From NCBI RefSeq assembly GCF_009914755.1, contig NC_060936.1: 64,000 bases of DNA; one strand, written 5' to 3'. Positions 55,055-64,000 of the stretch are shown piece by piece. Numbering within the stretch: position 1 is the first letter of the stretch; each line of letters begins with the position of its first letter. The DNA comes from the human T2T-CHM13v2.0 reference genome, Homo sapiens. Both the position numbers and the translations under genes were made by a program. The notes below the pieces were generated by a model that did not search any database, was not told the DNA's origin, and saw only the letters and a list, made by a program, of their open reading frames with translations.

Positions 55055-56050
55055 GGTGTTCAGTTCTGCTGAAATGCCTCCTGGCTGAGGTGGCTGATTA
55101 ACAGCTAATAAAATGGAATCTAGAGGAAAATGAGAAAGAATGGAGGGGGGCAGAAACTTAAAGATATTTATTGCCTAATGACACACACTAAATTCTGAGT
55201 AATAAGTAGAATGGCAGTGCTACTTGTTGGATCTGGCTGAGTTGACAGTAGGAGAATAAAAGCTCCCGTGCTGGGTGACAAGATCATAGCAGTAGAATTA
55301 ATGGCCTAACAAGGGGAGAGTGTATAAACAAAGGGATTCAAGAAGCACTGCCCTTGTACTTATCTAAACCTCTCTGTCTTCTTTCTAGTCTCAACCCAAG
55401 CCATTAGCCAATCTCATTTAAAAGACATAATGTTCAGATAAAGAATAGTTTCCAGATCACGTAAGGAAAATCTAGAATAAGATGTGCTCAGTTCCTGCTT
55501 CCCACGGTGGTTATAATTAATTTTTATAGGCTATCAATTGGGAGGAACCAACAAAAAATTGATGAGAATTTTTAAATATCTTGTTTGGTATATATGAGGC
55601 ACCAAAATGAGTTTAGATAGTGATTATTATGGCAACATATAATCGTATTAGATATAATTGGAAATGGAGACTGAATATATTACAAAATTTATATTAAAAA
55701 GGAAACAGGGCAAATGGAATGAGAGAGTAGTGAAACATCAAACATAAGATTTTGAAAGAAAAATGTACTTAAACTGTAGTTGATATACATTATTAGTGAC
55801 TCAAAATCAATGTATAAAAAATTCTGAAGTAACAGGTTTACTAATATAAGGGTTTATAATTTCTTTAAAAATAAATTTTAAGGGTGACTTAGAGTGAGAA
55901 ATAATTGACAATAATATTTTAAAGTAGAAAGGTGTAATATTTCTTTATAGGGAATAAATACTGATAGAGCTAAAATATATTTGTACTTATGTTGTAATAA
56001 ATTGAAGTAGAAATCTCTCTATATATATTGAGAGAGAGGGAGAAAGTATA

Positions 56051-56055
<5 letters not shown>

Positions 56056-56092
<37 letters not shown>

Positions 56093-56186
56093 TCTTTATC
56101 TGTCTACCTAACTATCTAGTTTTCTACTTAGTAACTACTATAAGTGATCTGTAACTACCATAATCCTAAGTGGTAGTTACATATAC

Positions 56187-56238
<52 letters not shown>

Positions 56239-56523
56239 TATATATGAAACATATATACTATAAGTTAATATATAGTATAGTATATATATTTACAGTATAT
56301 ATACTATAAATATATACAATACAGTATATATACTATACATATACTATATATACTATACATATATAGTATACTATATATACTGTAAATATCTATAGTATAT
56401 ATACTATAAATATATACTGTAAATGTATAGTATATATATTTACTTATAGTATATACATTTACACATATAATTAAATGTATATACTATATTTACTTAGGAT
56501 TGTGGTAGTTACAGATTACTTAT
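56056..56523. repeat. (TA)18, (TA)n(CA)n and AT-rich quasi-palindrome bounded by 32-bp inverted repeats
   Basis: Arms 56140-56171 and 56492-56523 are reverse complements at 30/32. Confidence 0.9.
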
Positions 56524-57510
56524 GGATGATTAGGAGGCCTACAAGTATTTGAAAAGAGGTAATATACCCATTTTCAACAAAGCAAGCTAATATGAAAATT
56601 GAGGAAATCAGAGCTTATGTTTAGACAACAAGAAAATTTCCCATAGGGCACTTCAGTAAACAGTCCTGATGAGTTGCAAGCTTTGTGAAATTCACAGAAA
56701 ACTTTTGCAAGTATGAATCTACAACAAAGAGTGATTGTTGGGAGATATCATCTTCTTTTCTCTCCTATTCGAGAAAAATGATTAAATTGGTTCCCCCTCA
56801 AAATGTTTTCCCTGAGTAATTAACATATGAAACATCTTTCTTTCAGATATGCTCTTAAGGGTTGACTCTGAGGAGTGCCTCAGTTTAATATAGCTTTATG
56901 GATGCTTCACCAATTTATTCCCTCTTATTGTAAATATACCTTTTACTCCATTTTCATTGTTCATCAATCTCTTTCTTCTCACAAGACAACTCAGTGCAAT
57001 AAGGAAGCATTTATTGAGAATCCTCTTGTTTGGTTTTGCTAGGTACTCTGGTTTTGTAGATGCAAAAGATGAAGGGCCTGTGCTTTCAATGGGAACAAAC
57101 AAGTCAAATGCAGGGGGAAAAAGATAAAACATAGGAGCACCCAAAAATATTTGGTAAAACGTTCTACTGTCATAGGAGAAATGAGGAATTATGCACAACA
57201 TTTTTTAAATGGCACCTGGAGGAAGAATATGTATAAAAGTATGGAGGCTAAAATTAATAGTATATATTTTAATGTTGGTACTGAAACAGAGGGATTGGAT
57301 GGGTGGTGTAGTTGAGAATAAACAAGGTGGGGCAGGTTATTAGGAACTTAGCCACCAGAATAACATGTTTAGACTTGACTTAATAGGCAGTGAACACCCA
57401 CAGACATTGTTTAATCTCACTGGAGGCATTTAATGATAAAGAAGTATCTGACTCCTGAATCAGATAAATTCTCAGCATTTCTTTTTAATGGCTGCTAATT
57501 CTAAATTAAA

Positions 57511-57887
57511 TAGTCATGCACCACATAAATATTTTTTGATTGCATATTTGACAGTGGTCCCATGAGATTATAATGGAGCAGAAAATTTCCTGTTGCGTAG
57601 TGATATGGTAGCCCTTGTAATGACATAGAGCAACACATTACCTTTTTTCTATGTTTAGATACACAAATACTTACCATTGTGTTATACTTGCCTACAGTAT
57701 TCAGTACGGTAACATGCTGTTCATGTTTGCAGCCGAGGAACAATAGGCTATGCCATATAGCCTACGTATGAAGTAGGCTAGACCATCTAGGTTTGCGTTA
57801 AGTACACTTCGTGATGTTCCCACAGTCAAAATCACCTAACTGCTCATTTCTCAGAATGTATCCTCATAGTTAAGTGATGCATAACTG
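57511..57887. mobile_element. Tigger3 (Golem/MER7-type) MITE
   Basis: TIR-like ends 'tagtcatgcaccacataa' and 'ttaagtgatgcataactg' + TA. Internal 'gtggtcccatgagattataat...tttagatacacaaatacttaccattgtgtta'. Confidence 0.85.
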
Positions 57888-57890
57888 TAT

Positions 57891-58738
<848 letters not shown>

Positions 58739-61054
58739 TTTAAAAATTTTCTAAATTTTAATACAAACTAACATAAATAGAAATATTATATTCCCAGGAC
58801 ATGAAATAAATTAGCCAAGTCTTTTTTCTTAAAAAAAAAAATCATTACCTTTTTACTAAACTGTTATCTTATTTTGAATTTAAGGATCAATTCTGAATGA
58901 ATCTCCTATAAAAATAAGCTTAACTATTTTCCAAGTTGTGGTTGATAAAGGGAGGGTATATCCTCTAGAAATGTGAATGGGCAATTAGAAGTTTTCAGTC
59001 TTATGTCAAGATACATAAGTCTAAAGTTTTAAATATTTTCCTGAGATTGCTTTAATTTGTAGTATGTCATATCTACTGCATGGAAACAAGCATTTACTTT
59101 GTCAAACAACTAAATCAATGCTGAGGGAAAATGCTATCTTTATACTTGAATATAGAAATTTTGAAACTGTAACTACCAAATGCTAGTTTTGTTTACATAA
59201 TGTCTTTAATATCTGATGAGGAACTACACTACACATCCTAACAAAAATAAATTCTGTTACATTAAGCCACAAAATTGAATTGAATTGCACTCTCTTGAGA
59301 ACAGTGTCCAAGGAGAGATTGTTAATCAGTGAATGCAAAACTTTAGAACAATGAACCAAATGCAATTAAGCAGAAGACTAACAAGAATCATACCACACAG
59401 AAAACCGTGCTTTGAAGAATATGTATCACAAGATCGTATCTTTTGGTGGTGCACTCCATTATTTTAAAACACCATCACTGAAAGAAGAGAACAGTAAACG
59501 ATTTTAAGAGGTAGAATAATTCAAATATTAAATGCATGTTTGATTTTTACGGCCATTAACTGCCCTTTCACCCGTTCTGCTCCTAGATTGCATTATAAGT
59601 TATTACTGTAATCGTAATAGCCCTTTGAGAAATAAACTTTTGAAAAACTCAAGTGGCAAATTGATGGCTTAGGTTGGGAATAGGTTAGAAAAGATACTAG
59701 TCATGATAGCAGATGGAAGGGCAGCAAGGTAGGTGGCTGGGAGGGAATCTGGAGGCGGAGCTGTGCCAGAAAGAACATAGGAATTTAAACAGATGGAAGA
59801 TGATATATCAGTTGGCAGGGAGAGCCGCTGGGTGACAAGCAGACGAATCTATTGAAGAACTGGGTGGATAGGCAGCCAATAAGTGAATTAGATGAACCAG
59901 TAATAAAAGAAATAGATCAGTATGAGGGCATCCAAGCTCCAGAACAAATCGACAAGAACAATAGAAAACAACTACAATTGTCCCTTTGCTTGAACCTGAG
60001 GAAACGACTTTTATTGTAATCTTTTAAAGTGCTTAGAAGTGATGATGAATAAATGATGATAAATAAGATGATGATCATCTTCTATAGAAGGAAAATTTTA
60101 GTATAAAATTTAAAGATGCTTACCACTAAATAAATATATTCTATAAAATTATTATGAGCATACAATTTATTTTATGTCCTAGTTTTGGGTTTCCTATAAA
60201 TTGAGTTCTGGCCCTGGCTTGGTTAATGTATGAGGCTACGGGGACCTGGCTGGAAAATAATACTGATGCATAGTAAAAGTGGAGAATAAGAACTTTAATT
60301 CCTTTCAAAAAAGAGAATTTACCAGACTATGGCAAATGTGAATATGATATTATCTTTATAAAAATAGCTTATGTTGTTTTTGTCTATTAAAAATGATAAT
60401 AGCAGTGTCTCAATGAGGATAAAGAAGACCATTACAAGTCATTTGGTCTCTCTTCTGCCTTCAGACTTACCTACCCTTAAATCACCATATTCTTAGGCAA
60501 TTATTCATACTTGCAAGCACTTAGTATAATTGTGTAGTGCAGTTTTGCACTTTTTAAATGACAGCTGTCATTATGGGTTGATAGAAAGTACCATACCCAG
60601 GAATATTTGTAGGAAGGACTTGGCTTAATAGGACCATTCTGATTGACCTTCAGATAATTACATGGTTTCTTAGCAGAGAAGATACTTCAATTTGCCACAT
60701 TATAAGCTTAAAATTCACATTCTTTTTATTCTTCCATCTAACCTATAAACTTATTTTTCTGGTACTGTCAACTATGTTTCTCAGGCCAGTCTATTACTTT
60801 CTATTTTACTAGCCAAAGCCCATATGCCATTATGCCTGAAACTGTGTTGTTTTACTGCCAATATGATCATTTCTAAAATATCTGTATTCCCATCAATCCC
60901 ACACACAGAATCAGGGATCATTTATCTCAAGGGTTGTCTGAGTTATATGAATATTCTTTTCAAGTGAATTTTTTTTAGCTGACACTTTAATCTCTTGAAT
61001 TAAACTTCTGAGCCCAGGCTAGTAGCAGTGTCTTCCGAAATTCTAAATGCTATT

Positions 61055-61056
<2 letters not shown>

Positions 61057-61098
<42 letters not shown>
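61057..61098 (+). repeat. (CA)n microsatellite
   Basis: About 20 uninterrupted CA units. Confidence 0.95.
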
Positions 61099-61099
<1 letters not shown>

Positions 61100-61235
61100 G
61101 TTGGAGCAATTTCCTAAAGAACCAGATGAGGCAAATTCTACACATATGCCAGGCACTAGGCCAGACACTGAGGGATACAAGGATAAATAAGATATGAACC
61201 TTTTCATCAGAGTTTATATTTTGGTGGATGAACAG

Positions 61236-61236
61236 G

Positions 61237-61276
<40 letters not shown>

Positions 61277-61570
61277 TATGCATATATATATACACATGTA
61301 TGCATATATATGTATATGTATACAGGTGTATATATACGTCCATATACAGGTATATATATACGTACATATACAGGTATATATATACGTACATATACAGGTA
61401 TATACACATATATGATAATATATAATCGTATATATGTGTATATATAGTATATATGTATAAATAATATATATGTATATATTGTATATATGAATACATAATC
61501 ATATATGTATATATTATAATACATATAATATGTATGTATATATAACACATATATGTGTATATATATATAA
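61236..61570 (+). repeat. (TG)n/(TA)n low-complexity tract with a 24-bp minisatellite (caggtatatatatacgtacatata)
   Basis: About three 24-bp units at 61323-61394. Source of spurious Y/I-rich ORFs. Confidence 0.9.
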
Positions 61571-62415
61571 AATCAGATACTATGGTACACTTTAATAGAT
61601 GCAATGATATTATATTCATGTAATATATGTGTATATCATCCTCCATAATTGTAAATCTCTTGAGGTTAGGGAACACACTAATTTATTAATTAGTAAATAT
61701 TTATTAAGCCTCTTTTATGTACAATGGTTATGCAAAGGGAAGATTTTTCCCTGTTGCCATGGGCAAAACAGTCTATTGAAAAAGGGAAAAGAAAGGAGCA
61801 AACTTTCTGTGAAATATGATGGTACACAGTATGTACAATAAGTGCATATAAATTGGGCTCTAACCAAAATCAGGAGAGGACATCAAGGATAACTTCCTCA
61901 ATGAAGAAATCAAAGGATACATAGGATAGTTTTTAAACTATTTAAGTATTTGTATAATGGTTAATTCATTGTTGTTATAAAATAATGGTGTTGACTGTAA
62001 ACTTCAGATGTTCAGACTAAAAAAGATACATGTATTTAATGAACACAATTTGAAAGGAAGCCAACTATGTGTTTGGTGTTGAGATAATTATTTAAGTATT
62101 AGCTCACTTAATCCTCTCCAGAACACTATGATATCCTCACTTTTAAGTTGGATGTTACGCTATTACTAAAACTCTTCAGCTCAGGATTAGGAGATTAAAG
62201 TTTCTCTTCCATATCACCATAATTTTGCTAAATTTTCTTGGCACTTTGCAGAAATTTTAAATGTCAATGCATTTATATATTCAGTGATATTTCGGAACCC
62301 CTATATTCATTAGATTGTTCATCTCCCTTTCCTTTTAACTAAAATATATATAATGGGGCCAGTACAATGTTGCATGTTAATTTTTATTCAGATGCTATTG
62401 ATTAGGAGATTGGAG

Positions 62416-64000
62416 TGGGGCCTCAAGATGGCTGACTAGAAAGAAGCCTTTCATGCCCACCTCCTCCATTTTAAAAACCAAAATAGTGTATAGACAGTCA
62501 CATATTGAATATATTACCTGAGAGACGGTGGTGGAATTCAATAAGGAAGTGACAAAAACACCAAAAGCAGGAAGGAGAAGGGAGAGAGAGACAGTCTGCC
62601 TGCCCAGAATCAGCTGGAAGCTGGGAGTGACTTCCCAGCCCAGGGATTAGGTGAGCAAGACACATCCAATGGCCCACATCACTATCATGGAATTATGCAG
62701 TCCTGACTATAGGAGAACCCCTTATTATTCTCAACCCCTGAAACTATCATAGGGAGTTGCCAATAGACTGCAGAAAGAAGGAACTGCTCCAGGGAGGGAG
62801 CTTGCACTGGGTCCCACACCCTTTCTGAGACCTAAGTGGCTACAGCAAGGTGCCATTTTTAAACCTAGCTTTTGACAGGCTTTCTGTTGTCCTGGGGTGC
62901 AGCAGCGTTGAGTCTGAGGTGTTAGGGAAACTTGGGCTGTCCCTGATGGGACTGAGGAGCAAGCCGAGAATGTTCCTACAGCCAAGGCTAAGAAGCAAGT
63001 GAGGTGTGGGCTGTAGCGGCCACTGCCAGGAAGCAAGCACTGCTAGGACAGAGACTGAGACACAAGCAGGATGCAAGTTGACACTGAGACATGGATGCCA
63101 GCTGGGTGGACACTCCTGTAGCCAGGGCTAGGGCCTGAGCTAGGCTCAGGCTACCACTGGTAGTGGTGGAGTATGAGACAGACCTGTGTTTTCTACCAGC
63201 TATGGCCACTGAGGATAACCCCACCCTCTCCAATGGCAGGGTCTCAGTATCGCTGCTACTGCTTCTCCCCGGAGCATTGCACCTGGCACCTGAGGATTAC
63301 CCTACCCCACCCACAATGGTTGGTGCTTGCTTTCCCCACTCGGGGTACTGAGCAAAAGGCCACCCAGCCCGGCATTGCATCTGCAAGACAGAGCACGTAG
63401 CCTGTGGCCTTGGGGATGGCCCAACCCAATTTACCACTCTGGAACCAGAGCACTCCTACTAGCATCCTGAAGTTGGCTCTAAACTCCCAGCCACTACCAC
63501 TTCAGCTGGCACTTATCTGCAAGTGCCATCTGTGAGCCTGGAAATGGGCCCGCCTAGCCCATTGCTGCTACCACCAACATCAACACACACCAACTGAGAC
63601 CCAAATAATTTTTCTGCCATTGCTATTGCCATCCTCCATGCCACACCAGCTACCCAATGTCCAAGTATCTGAACACCCACTTGGCCTACTGCTGCCACTA
63701 CTGGAATCTGAGCAAGACATCTGGAGTTTCAAGAGTCAGCCCTCCAGTAACTGCAAACAAAAGTACCTGTGTATATCACCCAGTGGAACAAAAATAGGCA
63801 AACTCAACCCACTGCTGCCAGCACTGTGGCCTGAACACTGGCCCACCTGATATCCTAGTACCCAGCATAACTTCACCACAGCCTCCACTAATAACCATAC
63901 CCTAACCCACCAAAAAATGACAGGCATCACTAATGCTGTATGTAGCAAAAGAAATTATACAGAGACACACTTAGAATCAAAGTCAAAGTACCCTACCCGA
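62416..64000 (+). mobile_element. 5' UTR of an old L1 (L1M2/L1MA4-5-like), continuing beyond the window
   Basis: Starts 'ggggcctcaagatggctgactaga' (YY1-site terminus). Contains 'ccaaaatagtgtatagacagtcac' and ends 'aaagaaattatacagagac...agaatcaaagtcaaagtaccctaccc'. Confidence 0.8.

Noticed and set aside
61050-61676. Longest ORF (208 aa) and overlapping Y/I/C/V-rich ORFs
   Set aside because: Translation of TA/TG/CA microsatellite; no coding signal.
62416-64000. GC-rich segment with many ORFs suggesting a promoter or gene
   Set aside because: Matches an old L1 5' UTR and is CpG-depleted.

Overview
AT-rich primate (human-like) non-coding DNA, either intergenic or deep intronic. I found no intact protein-coding gene, RNA gene or CRISPR array. 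The recognisable ORF-track hits are L1 or Hsmar2 pseudo-ORF fragments, Alu/LTR read-through or low-complexity artefacts. Much of the window is interspersed repeat. This includes a near-full-length L1PA8-type LINE (38.5-45.3 kb, minus) nested in an older L1MA element, a full-length Hsmar2 mariner, a solo HERV-H LTR7 inside MSTB inside MLT1, THE1C/MER34/MLT2/MER74-type LTRs, several Alus, MIR/L2 relics and DNA-transposon MITEs. The most notable structures are: (1) a ~420-bp patch of a younger L1PA copied into the L1PA8 at the homologous position, with a short non-L1 filler; (2) a very old, highly diverged ~2.4-kb tandem duplication (about 20.95-23.4 kb vs 24.87-29.2 kb); (3) a repeat-poor block (50.4-57 kb) with a CpG-retaining, POU/CCAAT/RBFOX-motif-rich segment and a well-formed candidate exon (53387 or 53466 to 53564); (4) a nested inverted-repeat, AT-rich palindrome at 56.1-56.5 kb. 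I did not find a new multi-gene system. Subfamily names come from recalled consensus sequences and need RepeatMasker/Dfam confirmation. I could not identify the genomic locus.
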